Made by a program: the position numbers and the translations under genes. Of a DNA stretch of 64,000 nucleotides, positions 43,251-52,930 are shown in pieces (position 1 is the stretch's first letter; every line of letters begins with the position of its first letter). Under the pieces are notes generated by a model, which had not been told where the DNA came from, searched no databases, and saw nothing but the letters and a program-made list of their open reading frames with translations. Origin of the DNA: a virus; the IMG/VR virus record IMGVR_UViG_3300047470_000212, positions 1-64,000 of that record; one strand, 5' to 3'.

Positions 43251-45229
43251 TACTTAGCCTCACTCCAGCGGTCAACGATTTTCACGTCCGACGACAGCGG
43301 CACCTTGAGCAGTTTCTGGATGTCCTCGCCGAGCATGGCTTCCCGAACAAGGTCGGCGGCCTCTTCGGCGCGGTCCTCCGGAGCGAGGACGACGAGTTCG
43401 TCGTGCACCGAAAGGATCAGGCGGATTTCGTTCGGCAGGGAGTTGTTCAGCCGGATCATCGCCAACTTGATCAGGTCGGCTGCGCTTCCCTGGATCAGGC
43501 TGTTGACTGCCTGGCGCTCGGCGCCCATTCGCAGGCCGTTGTTCTGCGAGAGCATGAGCGGCAGGCGACGCTTGCGGCCGAGCAGCGTGCGGATGTACGG
43601 AGGTCGCCGCGACCGGCAGACCTGGATGACCCTTTCCTTGAAGGCGTAGATCTCCGGGAACAACTTCTGGTGCATCTCCATGAAGCGCTTGGCTTCCTTG
43701 ACGGAGATCTTCGCCATGCTGGCGACCTTGTCCGGGCCAGCGCCGTAGACCACGGCAAAGTTGATGCCCTTTGCGACCTGCCGGAAGTCGATACACGTAC
43801 GGTCGCCGCTCTTTACCCGCGCCATGAATTCCTGCGGGTCCACGCCCATAAGCGCGGCAGCGGTGGCCGAGTGAGGGTCGACGCCGTTGTGGAATCCCTT
43901 GTAGAGATCGCCTCGACCGATGAAGTGCGCGAGCACCACGAGTTCGATCTGCCCGTAGTCCGCGACGACCAGTTTGTATCCGGCCGGTGCGACGAACAGG
44001 CCACGGATTCGCTTACCGAGGTCCGTGTCCGGGCGCGGGATGTTCTGGAGGTTGGGTTCCCGGCAGGAGAATCGTCCGGTCACCGTTCCGTACTGGACGA
44101 AGTCGGCGTGGATCCTGCCGTCGAAGATGCGGCACGGCTTCTTCGGGTCGTCCTCGATACCGAGGTAGGACAGCGGGTAGTCGAGCAGCTTGCTGACTTC
44201 CGCGTACTCCAGCAGTTTCTTGACGACCGCGTTGTTCTCGTGCTTCTCCAGGCTGTCGGCGTCGGTGGAGTAGTCCTTCCACTCCAGCTCCTGCCCTGCC
44301 TCGCGCTTCTTCTTTCCGCCGTCGGTCGGCTTGGTGGGGCGCAGGCCCTGGCCGCCGTCCTTCTTGGGGGCGTACAGGACTGCGGCCTTCTGGGCCGGGG
44401 CGTTGAGGTTGAACTGCTGTCCGGCAGCGCGGTAGATGTCGGCCTCGATCTCGACCAGGCGGGCGCTCATGTCGCGCACCAGCTCCTGCATGGCCATCTG
44501 GTCGACAGGTGCTCCGGTGATGCCCATGTCGAGCAGCACGCCGAGGACGTCCTCTTCCAGGCGCCGGACGTTGATCAGGCCCTGGTCGTGGATGCGCTTC
44601 TGGAACTTTTTCCAGAGGAGCCAGGTGTACTTGGCGTCCATGTACGCGTAGTGCGCGACCTTGCCGAAGGGGTGGGCCTCGACGCACTTGCCGACGTTCT
44701 CGGTGTCGTAGTCGACCTTGTAGTACTTCTTGACGAGTTCCTTGAGGCCCTTCTGCTTGAGGTTTTCGTCGAGGAGCCACTGGAGGACGATCGTGTCGCT
44801 GTACTGCGGGGGTGCGATCTCGCCCCAGTACTTCGCCGTGGAGATGAGGTCGAAGGTCGCGTTGTGCGCGATCTTGATCTTGTCCTCGGCGAAGAACAGC
44901 GGCTTGAGGATGGAGAACACCTCGCTCGGGAGCATCTGCTCCGGCGGGGCGTCGTAGACAGCCGGGATGGCGTCGAACTTCCCGGTGATCTTGTTCTTCT
45001 TCTTCGTGGCCTTGCTCAGCAGGACGTCGCCGTTGGGGTGGCCGAACGGGATGGCCACAGCCATGCCGTCGGTGGCAAGGCTCATCCAGTTGGCGACGTT
45101 CTGCGTCGGGACGTTCCGGTTGGGGCCGAAGGTCTCGATGTCGAAGGAGAAGGCCGGGCGCTCCATGAAGCGCTCGACCACGGTATGAAGTCGGTCGGGG
45201 GTGAGGATGACGCTGTTCCTGATGGTCAC
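43250..45229 (-). CDS. DNA polymerase, family A (3'-5' exonuclease plus polymerase)
   Basis: FDIET, HNATFD, YAYMDA; TGRFSCREPNLQNIP, ADYGQIELVVLAH, AKGINFAVVYG, LSVHDEL. Confidence 0.95.
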   Translation of the reverse strand: MTIRNSVILTPDRLHTVVERFMERPAFSFDIETFGPNRNVPTQNVANWMSLATDGMAVAIPFGHPNGDVLLSKATKKKNKITGKFDAIPAVYDAPPEQMLPSEVFSILKPLFFAEDKIKIAHNATFDLISTAKYWGEIAPPQYSDTIVLQWLLDENLKQKGLKELVKKYYKVDYDTENVGKCVEAHPFGKVAHYAYMDAKYTWLLWKKFQKRIHDQGLINVRRLEEDVLGVLLDMGITGAPVDQMAMQELVRDMSARLVEIEADIYRAAGQQFNLNAPAQKAAVLYAPKKDGGQGLRPTKPTDGGKKKREAGQELEWKDYSTDADSLEKHENNAVVKKLLEYAEVSKLLDYPLSYLGIEDDPKKPCRIFDGRIHADFVQYGTVTGRFSCREPNLQNIPRPDTDLGKRIRGLFVAPAGYKLVVADYGQIELVVLAHFIGRGDLYKGFHNGVDPHSATAAALMGVDPQEFMARVKSGDRTCIDFRQVAKGINFAVVYGAGPDKVASMAKISVKEAKRFMEMHQKLFPEIYAFKERVIQVCRSRRPPYIRTLLGRKRRLPLMLSQNNGLRMGAERQAVNSLIQGSAADLIKLAMIRLNNSLPNEIRLILSVHDELVVLAPEDRAEEAADLVREAMLGEDIQKLLKVPLSSDVKIVDRWSEAK

Positions 45230-45312
45230 GTGCGGTACCTCCTGGTGGTGTGGTGGGAAGCTGAGGGGGAGGCCCCGGCAGCTAGGTGCCAGAACCTCCC
45301 CCGGGAGGCTGA

Positions 45313-46122
45313 TCAGTCGTTCAGGATCTCGCGGGCGATCTGCTTGAGTTCGTTCCGCGTGTTGACGTGCAGGACGTCCTCGTCGTAGGCCTTGGAGTCG
45401 AACTCCTCCAGGTCCTCCTCGGTCAGCGGGTCGATGTCCCAGTCGTCGAGGAGGTCCCGCTCCTTGACCGGGGTGATGTAGTACGTGGTCTTGTTGTTCT
45501 TGCTCTGCTTGGAGACGCTGAAGTACAGGTCGTCCCGGTTGATCGGGGCGGTCTTCTTGTCCTTGGAGTAGTTCTTGAGGATGTCGGCGACCATCGGACC
45601 GAACTGCCACACCTTGATGACCGGGTCCTCGGGGTCGGTGAAGTCGACGACGTTGAACGCAATCTGCTGGGACGGCTTGTCACCCGCGTCATCGCACAGC
45701 GGGCAGCGGCTCTCCAGGCACGTCCAGGACCGCTTGCCCTTGCGCTCGATCCAGTGCTGGAGGAAGACCAGGAACGGCTCCTCGTCCAGGATCTTCACCA
45801 CCACGGCCTCGTTGGTGACCTTGAAGTTCTCCGGGAAGCCGGACGTGGCGGACTTGGTCTTCTCGTAGGAACCCCAGCCCTTGCCACCGACCTTCGGCGC
45901 AGGCTCGTTGTCCTCCTCGTCGTCCTCCTCGGAGGCGCGGCGCGAGCGGCGGGAGGCGGGGGCCTCCTCGGTATGAAGCGACTCGCGGCGCGAGCGGCGA
46001 GAGCCCCGGGCCGGGCGCTCGGTCTCCTCCTCGGCGTAGCCGTGCTCCTCCTGCTCGTCGTCGGCGGGGGTGTAGGCCTCGGTCGCGGCAGCGGTACGGC
46101 GGCGGGTCAGAGTGCGGGGCAT
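45313..46122 (-). CDS. putative single-stranded DNA-binding protein (gp32-like)
   Basis: QHW...WTC...CPLC Zn site, acidic termini, adjacent to the polymerase. Confidence 0.6.
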   Translation of the reverse strand: MPRTLTRRRTAAATEAYTPADDEQEEHGYAEEETERPARGSRRSRRESLHTEEAPASRRSRRASEEDDEEDNEPAPKVGGKGWGSYEKTKSATSGFPENFKVTNEAVVVKILDEEPFLVFLQHWIERKGKRSWTCLESRCPLCDDAGDKPSQQIAFNVVDFTDPEDPVIKVWQFGPMVADILKNYSKDKKTAPINRDDLYFSVSKQSKNNKTTYYITPVKERDLLDDWDIDPLTEEDLEEFDSKAYDEDVLHVNTRNELKQIAREILND

Positions 46123-46361
46123 CAGTTGTTCTCCTGCTGGTAGAGATGGATGTACGACTTGTCCTCGGCTGTGTTCAGCCGGGCCTCTTCGATGTCAGCG
46201 GCCAGCGCGTCGTGGATGTAGTCGACGGCGATCTTGTCGAGGTCCATGGGGGTGCGTGCCTTGGGGAAGTTGTCGGAGTCGATCTCCACGGAGGCGGAGA
46301 ACTCGACCCACTCGAAGTTGCCCATGGACACGTGGTGGCTGGCGCTGCGGGTGATCTTCAC
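46122..46361 (-). CDS. hypothetical protein
   Basis: GTG start overlapping the upstream TGA. Confidence 0.55.
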   Translation of the reverse strand: MKITRSASHHVSMGNFEWVEFSASVEIDSDNFPKARTPMDLDKIAVDYIHDALAADIEEARLNTAEDKSYIHLYQQENN

Positions 46362-46822
46362 TGCTCGGCCAGCCTCTTGAAGAGGTCGATGACGCGGGCG
46401 GTGAACTGGGTGCCCTTGATGGGCTTCTGGTGCGAGACCAGAACGCCCTCCTCGTGCGCGATGCGGACGATGCCCTCGACCTGCTCGCGGGTGTAGAGGC
46501 GGCGACGGCCGCGCGGGTCGTCGTCCTTGCCCGGGGACTGGAAGGTGGACTTGGGAATGACTCCCTCCCTCTCCCACTTGCGGATGGTCACCGGCTGACG
46601 GCTCAGTGCCTTGGCGAGTTGACCGAGGGTGAAGAACTCAGTCTCCACACCGCCCACCGTGTACTTCCGGGGCTTGTGGTCCCAGTCGGCCGCCGACGTG
46701 GCGGCCTTGGTATGAAGCCCGTTGCGGTTGTGGTGGCGGACGATCGGCTTGGTGGACCCGGGGTAGAAGGCTTCCCCGATCTCCGCGAAGTCCTGCTCGA
46801 TGCTGGCGAGTGCAGTGCTCAT
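46358..46822 (-). CDS. MerR-type HTH DNA-binding protein
   Basis: FTLGQLAKALSRQPVTIRKWEREGVIP...RRLYT. Confidence 0.75.
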   Translation of the reverse strand: MSTALASIEQDFAEIGEAFYPGSTKPIVRHHNRNGLHTKAATSAADWDHKPRKYTVGGVETEFFTLGQLAKALSRQPVTIRKWEREGVIPKSTFQSPGKDDDPRGRRRLYTREQVEGIVRIAHEEGVLVSHQKPIKGTQFTARVIDLFKRLAEQ

Positions 46823-46837
46823 GTGGTGGTGCTCCGA

Positions 46838-47314
46838 TCAGCCGGTGAGCGGCTTGAAGGCGTACGAGATCTTCTCGGTGAACAGGGCGTCCAGTTCCTC
46901 GTCGGAGATGACGCCCTCCTGGTTGAGGACGTACAACTCGTCCTGGTCCAGGACGGTCGTGGTGACCTCCTTGAAGACGCGGTCGCGGATGCCCTTGGCG
47001 TTGACCAGGGTGTCGACGGCGTCCTCGTCCAGGCCGATCGAGGTGCGCTTCTCGCGCTTGATCTCGGTGAAGGTCTGGCCGTTGACCTCCATGGGGGCCG
47101 GGAGTTTCCAGAACTTCGAGCCCTTCTCGTCGACCTCGCCGTTCTCGTCCACGTAGGCGCTGATCTCGTCGCGCAGGTGGTTCTTGCGGGTCACGACCTG
47201 GGTTTCCTGGAACTTCAGGACCAGGAACTGGCGGACCTTCTCGACCGGGTTCTCGGGGTTGAGGCTGATGGGCTTCTCAACGCGGCGGGTGGTGCGCCGG
47301 GGCACGGTAGCCAT
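46838..47314 (-). CDS. hypothetical protein
   Basis: 158 aa ORF. Confidence 0.65.
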   Translation of the reverse strand: MATVPRRTTRRVEKPISLNPENPVEKVRQFLVLKFQETQVVTRKNHLRDEISAYVDENGEVDEKGSKFWKLPAPMEVNGQTFTEIKREKRTSIGLDEDAVDTLVNAKGIRDRVFKEVTTTVLDQDELYVLNQEGVISDEELDALFTEKISYAFKPLTG

Positions 47315-47397
47315 AGAGCGGGGCTCTCTTTCTTCCGGGGTAGTTGGTGGATCGAGTAGTGACTCTACACTACGGATTCGATGTTGTCGATTCCTAA

Positions 47398-47751
47398 TTA
47401 CGGCTTCTTCGGATCCATTCGAACCGTGCGCCGGGCCGCGTAGGCGCGGGCGTCGTCGTCCAACTGATCCATGCGGACTTCAGTCTCGGCCACGTCCTGG
47501 TAGACGGTGACCACGCGGTGGTCGGCCGGGTCGACGATGGCGACGATGTCCCCTCGTACGTGGCGCCACTGTCCGGGGACGCGGGCCGAGGGGTAGGTAT
47601 GAAGCGGCTTGTCGGCCGCGAGGAGAACATCCTCGCTGGTCCAGCCCTTGGCGGCGGCCTGCTTCTGCGCGTGGTAGGTCAGCCGGTACTCCGGCGACTC
47701 GGTGGCGGGAGCGGTCCAGGTGATGCCCAGAGCTTCGGCGATGGTGGCCAT
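47398..47751 (-). CDS. DUF4258-like (RelE/BECR-fold) putative ribonuclease
   Basis: YRLTYHAQKQ N-terminal motif and C-terminal VAIVD...RVVTVY; GAGGAG RBS; own promoter. Confidence 0.5.
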   Translation of the reverse strand: MATIAEALGITWTAPATESPEYRLTYHAQKQAAAKGWTSEDVLLAADKPLHTYPSARVPGQWRHVRGDIVAIVDPADHRVVTVYQDVAETEVRMDQLDDDARAYAARRTVRMDPKKP

Positions 47752-47797
47752 CTCGGTCTCCTCTGTTCGAGCCTCTGTTCGAGGCCTTGTGAGGACG

Positions 47798-47827
47798 ACT
47801 CTAAGATCACGCACCACCTCATGTCAA
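47798..47827 (-). promoter_or_regulatory. housekeeping-sigma promoter for 47398..47751
   Basis: TTGACA-N18-TAGAGT. Confidence 0.65.
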
Positions 47828-48054
47828 CGACTTTCAGCCAATCGTTTGACAAGTTCACCAGCGGTCGGCGACAGCACCGCGCAGAGCCAGGCGGACGGGG
47901 GTCAGATCCCAGTCCTCCCGCTCCTCCGGGGGATAGATGACGTCCTCCAGCCCCTCACGGAGCAGGACATCGAGTGGTTCTTCTCGCATAGCTTGATACT
48001 GACATGCGATTACGTCTTTAGAACCACTCGACGTCCTGCGTGAGATCCTGAAAG

Positions 48055-49698
48055 TTATGCCGCTTCCAGGCACTGCGTGAGGCTCACCAGGTCGTTCTCG
48101 ATGCGGCCCTTGTCGTCCGCACCACGGCCGTCAGTGATGGCCGCTCCCACCCTGCGCTTGTGCGCGAGCATGGCGTACTTACGGGGCTCGGTCGTGGCCT
48201 GGGTGATCGCGTTCAGCACGTAGATGTTCTTGAACAGGCTGGACGCCCGGTCGTGCCTCTTGTTGATCTGGTCCTGTTTACCGCTGCTCCAGGCCAGGTC
48301 GTAGTTGATCAGGTAGTTCGCCATCCACAGGTCCGTGCCGAACGCTCCGGCGTGGCTGGACAGGAACACCCGGCAGCCCTCCTCCGTCTCGAACCGGGAG
48401 GCCGCGTACGCCTTGGCCCCGGCACTCATCCGACCCGTGTAGGTGACGGCCACACCCTCCGGCAGCCGGTCGGCCATCAGGTCGAGCATGTCGGGGTTGA
48501 CCGAGAAGACGATGGCCTTGTTGCCAGGCACCGCGAGGATGTCCTCGATCGACTGCACCACGGCATCCAACTTCGGGGTCGCAGTGACGTCGTCCAGGAG
48601 CCCGGACTGCCACACCTCGTAGCAGTACTTCGAGCCCGGCCAGGTCTGCTTCTCCGCCCCGCCCTGCCGCGCCTGCTCGCTCTCCTCATACCGCTGCCCG
48701 GACGCGATGATCAGGTCCGGGTGGTTCAGCAGCATGTCGAGCGCCTGCATGCGAGACATGATCTTGCCCTGCTGGCTGTTCTCGTTCGGTGTCTCACCGC
48801 CGTGGTAGTGGGCGAACAGGTCGAAGTCCGAGGTGTTCGGGCCGAGGGCGTGCAGCTCAGCCAGCAGGTCGGCGGAGATGTGCTTGTACGCCTTGCGGGT
48901 CTTGGCGTCCAGGTTCACCGGGATGGTGCTCTCCTGGACCTTGGGCAGGTACGGCTTGACGTCCTCGTCCATGCGGGTCTTGCGCACCATGGCGTCGGCC
49001 AGTTTGGCGTGCAGGACAGGCAGGTTCTTGTAGTGCTGGACCCCGCCGAACTTGTTCCGCACGATGTAGGTCTTGTCGTACAGGTCGAAGCGTCCCAGCA
49101 CCTCGTCGTCGACCCACTGCATGATGCTGAACAACTCCTCCGGCCGCCCGTTCTCCACCGGGGTGCCGGTCAGTGCGTAGCGGTACGGCGCCGTCAGTCG
49201 CTTGATCTTCCGGGTGCGCTGCGCCTTGAAAGTCTTGATGGCGGTCGCCTCGTCCAGGACGATGCACTCCGGCTTGATCCTCCTGACGAAGTTCCAGTCG
49301 TTGACGACGTTCTCGTAGCCCATGATCACGTAGTCCGGCCGGTACGTCTTCACCTTGACGTACTGACCGGCCCGCTTCTTGGTGTCGCCGTCGATGAGGA
49401 TGCAGTACTCCTCCGTCGGCACGGTGATCTCCTGGGTCTGCCCGTCCTCGCGCACCTTGATGACCCGCGTGGGAACGTCGGTGAGTTTGGCGATCTGTTT
49501 GGCCCACTGGTACTTGAGCGAGGCCGGGACCACGATGACGGCGGTCTCGACCTCGCTCTTCTCGATCAACTCCTCAATGGCGGCCAGGGCGATCGGTGTC
49601 TTGCCCAGGCCCATCTCGTAGGCGATGAGGAGGGAACCGCGCTCGACGGCGCGGTCCACTGCGGACTCCTGGTACGTGTGCAGGTCGATGGTCAGCAC
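48055..49698 (-). CDS. SNF2-family helicase
   Basis: EMGLGKT, VVPASL, IVLDEA, LTGTPVEN, PKL, INYDLAW, QINKRHDR. Confidence 0.9.
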   Translation of the reverse strand: MLTIDLHTYQESAVDRAVERGSLLIAYEMGLGKTPIALAAIEELIEKSEVETAVIVVPASLKYQWAKQIAKLTDVPTRVIKVREDGQTQEITVPTEEYCILIDGDTKKRAGQYVKVKTYRPDYVIMGYENVVNDWNFVRRIKPECIVLDEATAIKTFKAQRTRKIKRLTAPYRYALTGTPVENGRPEELFSIMQWVDDEVLGRFDLYDKTYIVRNKFGGVQHYKNLPVLHAKLADAMVRKTRMDEDVKPYLPKVQESTIPVNLDAKTRKAYKHISADLLAELHALGPNTSDFDLFAHYHGGETPNENSQQGKIMSRMQALDMLLNHPDLIIASGQRYEESEQARQGGAEKQTWPGSKYCYEVWQSGLLDDVTATPKLDAVVQSIEDILAVPGNKAIVFSVNPDMLDLMADRLPEGVAVTYTGRMSAGAKAYAASRFETEEGCRVFLSSHAGAFGTDLWMANYLINYDLAWSSGKQDQINKRHDRASSLFKNIYVLNAITQATTEPRKYAMLAHKRRVGAAITDGRGADDKGRIENDLVSLTQCLEAA

Positions 49699-49985
49699 TG
49701 GGAGTACTGCCGATCGAACTGCCTGCTGGTGCGCGGGCGCCGGGCGAAGGGGACGCCGGGGGTGTAGTGCCCCTCCTGGATGTGGTCCGGGTTGGCGCAC
49801 ATCCGTCGCGTGCACGCGCGGTGCTTCTGGCTGCCGCCTCCGGTGATGAAGGACAGCAGGCTCTGGCCCTTGTAGGTGGGCCGGGTCGCGGTGGACTGGA
49901 AGATCAGGCAGTCGGTGTCCGGGTCCGGCTGGACGCGGTCCCAGAAGGCCTGTCCCAGGTGTTCGTAGCCATCAGGCGGAAGCAT
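49692..49985 (-). CDS. HNH-type (His-Me finger) nuclease-like protein
   Basis: FWDRV...DCLIF...HRAC...CANPDHI. Confidence 0.6.
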   Translation of the reverse strand: MLPPDGYEHLGQAFWDRVQPDPDTDCLIFQSTATRPTYKGQSLLSFITGGGSQKHRACTRRMCANPDHIQEGHYTPGVPFARRPRTSRQFDRQYSQC

Positions 49986-50031
49986 TGGCGGCCTCCGCCC
50001 AGGTATGAAGCCGGTTGTTCATGGGGTGCAT
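49972..50031 (-). CDS. putative 19-aa mini-ORF MHPMNNRLHTWAEAANASA
   Basis: ATG overlaps the primase TGA; runs over the HNH start; CTT-CAT-ACC in frame. Confidence 0.35.
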   Translation of the reverse strand: MHPMNNRLHTWAEAANASA

Positions 50032-50999
50032 CAGAACCTCGCTATGACGGATGAGTAGGCGTTGCGGACGGCGTTCTTGAGGGCGTCGGCCCCCATGTCG
50101 CCGGGGTCCTTGCAGGGGGTGCCGGAGTAGTCCAGGAACTTCAGGGACAGGCCTCGGCCGGTCCACTCCTCGCGCAGCCGCTTGCACGTCTCGGCTCCTG
50201 CGGTGTCGTTGTCGAGCGCGATGATCACGGAGTCGAAGTGGTCCCGGATCAGGGACATCTGGGCGTCGGAGACTCCGGCGCCGAAGGAGGCGAGACCGGC
50301 CTTGAAACCGCAGGCCCGGAGCCGGACGACGTCCAGAGGAGACTCAACCAGGATGGCCGTGTCGTCCTCGTAGGTATGAAGTCCGAAGAGGGTCTTCGAC
50401 TTGGCCATGCCCGGCGGCCGGTTGCGGAAATAGCGCTCGTTCTTCTCCTGCCAGCCCCACAGCATTCCCGTGTCGGGGTCGCGGACCGGGATGATCCACA
50501 TCTCCCGCTCGGTGTCCCACAGCACGCCGCAGGCTTCCGCGTCCTCCGGCATGAAGAACCGCTCGGCGCAGGGGGTCAGCGGCGGGGTGACGTACAGGGC
50601 CAGGCTGGCCTCGTTGATCTGCTTGGTCGTGTCGACCGTCTTGGGGTCAGCCTTCTTCGCCAGGAACTTCTTGACCCGCTCGATCCCGCCCCGCTGCCGG
50701 ACCCAGGCGACCGCGTCCCCGTACGGGAGGTCGAGCATGTCCTTTACGAGGACCACGAAAGGGCCCTGGTAGCGGCAGGAGAAGCAGTTGAAATACCCAG
50801 CGTCGTAGTTTATGGAAAAGGATGGGTGCTTGTCTTTCTTTCCGGTCCGCGCCTCATGCATCGGGCACGGCATGTGAATCTCGTCGCCGCTGACCTTGTA
50901 ATCCAGGCCAATCTCATCCAGGCAGGCGGTGACGTTGCCGGGAACCGGAGTTCCTACTGCGTCCCAGCCGCGCGCCTTAGAACGAACCCTGGTAGCCAT
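50031..50999 (-). CDS. DNA primase (Zn-finger plus TOPRIM)
   Basis: CPMH...PSFSIN...FNCFSC; ILVESPLD; IALDND; KDPGD. Confidence 0.9.
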   Translation of the reverse strand: MATRVRSKARGWDAVGTPVPGNVTACLDEIGLDYKVSGDEIHMPCPMHEARTGKKDKHPSFSINYDAGYFNCFSCRYQGPFVVLVKDMLDLPYGDAVAWVRQRGGIERVKKFLAKKADPKTVDTTKQINEASLALYVTPPLTPCAERFFMPEDAEACGVLWDTEREMWIIPVRDPDTGMLWGWQEKNERYFRNRPPGMAKSKTLFGLHTYEDDTAILVESPLDVVRLRACGFKAGLASFGAGVSDAQMSLIRDHFDSVIIALDNDTAGAETCKRLREEWTGRGLSLKFLDYSGTPCKDPGDMGADALKNAVRNAYSSVIARF

Positions 51000-52242
51000 C
51001 AGTGTTCTCCTCCTCCATGGCGAAAGGATCCTCGTTCAGTTCCTCGAACTTTCCCGTCTCCCAATCCCACTGGCAGTAGGTCTCCAGAGGCGGGCAGTTA
51101 CGGGCCAGGACGACCTTGATCTTGTTGATGTTCGAGTCATCCGTGGACTCGACACCGAGAATGACGTCGGAGTCCTGGGCGAAGGAGGACGAATATCCGA
51201 TGGAGTCGGAGGTAATGCCCTTCTTCTTGTTCATCTTCCATTCCAGGACCTGCGTGGAAATGACGATCGGGAGTTGCAGGTTCTTCGCCATGCGCTTGAA
51301 TCCTCGGGTGAGGTTGGTAAGCGCCTGGCTGGATCCCTGAGCCTCGCCGAGTTCGTCCTGCATCATGTAGATGCCGTCCACGAATACGATCGTCGGCCGA
51401 ATGGCATCGATCTTCGACTGCACACCGGTAAGCGTGGTCGCATTCATGGAGTCCGAGGAAAGGAAGAACGAGGGCATAGCCTCAAGTTCCCGAAGGGCCC
51501 TTTCGAGTTTGTCCCACTCGGTCTTCTTGAGCGTTCCGTTCCGCAGCCGGGCATGGGAAATCCCCGCGCGGATTGCGTCGAAGCGTTCCTCCTGCTCCTC
51601 GTTGCTCATCTCGAAGCCGATGAACAGCGGGCGCTCACCGTGCAGGTGGGCAGCCATGGCGGCCAGCAGAAGCAGCGTCGACTTACCAGCCTTCGGAGGG
51701 CCGACGAAGGTGACCAACTGCTCCTTCTGGAGGCCCTGGGTGGCCCTGTCGATCGTGTTGAAGCCGGTGGGGATACCCCGGAGCCCGTCGGGCAGGTCCT
51801 TGAGCGTGAGGTACCGCGCAAGGCGTTCCTGGCCCGTCTCCGTCAGGTCGGTGTCGCGGGCGTTGGGTACCGCCGAGGCGATGTTGGCCAGCGTGCGGGC
51901 CAACGCCTCCATCGCGGCGGTGGCGTTGCCCTCTTCGTGTGCGTCGACCGAGTCGGCCAGGCCCTGCTCCAGCAGGGCCAAAGTATGAAGTTCTCGCAGC
52001 CGGTCGGTCAGCACTTCCATGCTGTCCTCGACCTTGACGAACCGGTACGTGGGGAAGTCGGTCTTGATCGTGGTGAGGCTCGGGACCTCGCCGTAGTTCC
52101 CCTTGTGCCGCAGGATCGCCTTGAAGACGGACTTGTTGTCCGGGTCTCCGAAGAAGTCGGGGGTGATGCCCGCGTCCGCGACGACAGCCAGGTCCTTGTC
52201 CTGGATGACGCGGGACACGAGCAAGCGCTCGAAGTCCGCCAC
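50977..52242 (-). CDS. DnaB-like replicative helicase
   Basis: GIPTGF, GPPKAGKS, FEMS, VFVDGIY, STQ, QDSD. Confidence 0.9.
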   Translation of the reverse strand: MADFERLLVSRVIQDKDLAVVADAGITPDFFGDPDNKSVFKAILRHKGNYGEVPSLTTIKTDFPTYRFVKVEDSMEVLTDRLRELHTLALLEQGLADSVDAHEEGNATAAMEALARTLANIASAVPNARDTDLTETGQERLARYLTLKDLPDGLRGIPTGFNTIDRATQGLQKEQLVTFVGPPKAGKSTLLLLAAMAAHLHGERPLFIGFEMSNEEQEERFDAIRAGISHARLRNGTLKKTEWDKLERALRELEAMPSFFLSSDSMNATTLTGVQSKIDAIRPTIVFVDGIYMMQDELGEAQGSSQALTNLTRGFKRMAKNLQLPIVISTQVLEWKMNKKKGITSDSIGYSSSFAQDSDVILGVESTDDSNINKIKVVLARNCPPLETYCQWDWETGKFEELNEDPFAMEEENTDGYQGSF

Positions 52243-52685
52243 TACATTGCTCCGATCAGGGTGGTGGGTACGGCCGGGAGCATGCGTCCCTTGCTGCCGT
52301 AGATCAGGTGGTTCTCGTTGTCGAAGACGGCCGCTACGTCAGGCATGTGGGCCAGGCGGCGGGCCAGCTTCTTGGGGTCCTCGCACCACACGCGGCCGAT
52401 GGGCAGGCCCTCGATGTCCAGGCGCCATTCCAGGGCCTCGGCGAACTCGTCACCCAGGTACGTGATGACGTCGACCGAGTAGCGGTAGCGCCAGACCGTG
52501 TCCCAGATGACGTGGGCCAGCGGCTCGTTGATCTCGTAGGCCTTCACAGCGCGCTTCCACTGGTGCGCCCGGCGGGCCACTGCTTCACCAGCTCGGGCTC
52601 GCGCGGTGGGCAGGTTGCCCAGCAGTCCTTCGAAGACCAGGACCATGCGCGGGGAGACCTCGTTGCTTATGTCCCCGCCCTGCAT
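52242..52685 (-). CDS. hypothetical protein (degenerate HAD-like)
   Basis: MQGGDISNE start; LVFEGLL. Confidence 0.65.
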   Translation of the reverse strand: MQGGDISNEVSPRMVLVFEGLLGNLPTARARAGEAVARRAHQWKRAVKAYEINEPLAHVIWDTVWRYRYSVDVITYLGDEFAEALEWRLDIEGLPIGRVWCEDPKKLARRLAHMPDVAAVFDNENHLIYGSKGRMLPAVPTTLIGAM

Positions 52686-52930
52686 CAGGCTCGCTCCGCT
52701 TCGGCGCGGAGCCAGATATGAAGTCGTCCGTGCCGGAGTTCTGTGATCACACGGTGCTCGCGCACGCGGAATCCGAGGGCGGCAGCCTTGTAGACCGCGA
52801 GGAAGAGCAGCCGCTTGGCGGTCGCACGCTGCTCGGGGAACCGTCCGGTGATCGTCGCCGGGATCTCGTCCTTGTAGAGAACCGACAAGACCTCGTCCTC
52901 GAAGGGGAGGACCATCTGCTCATGCGGCAC
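52685..52930 (-). CDS. hypothetical protein
   Basis: GTG after GGAGGAG; coupled at both ends. Confidence 0.55.
   Translation of the reverse strand: MPHEQMVLPFEDEVLSVLYKDEIPATITGRFPEQRATAKRLLFLAVYKAAALGFRVREHRVITELRHGRLHIWLRAEAERA

Noticed and set aside
40353-45229. Inteins or introns in RNR or DNA polymerase
   Set aside because: Both ORFs are continuous and of normal length, with no intein splice-junction or LAGLIDADG motifs.
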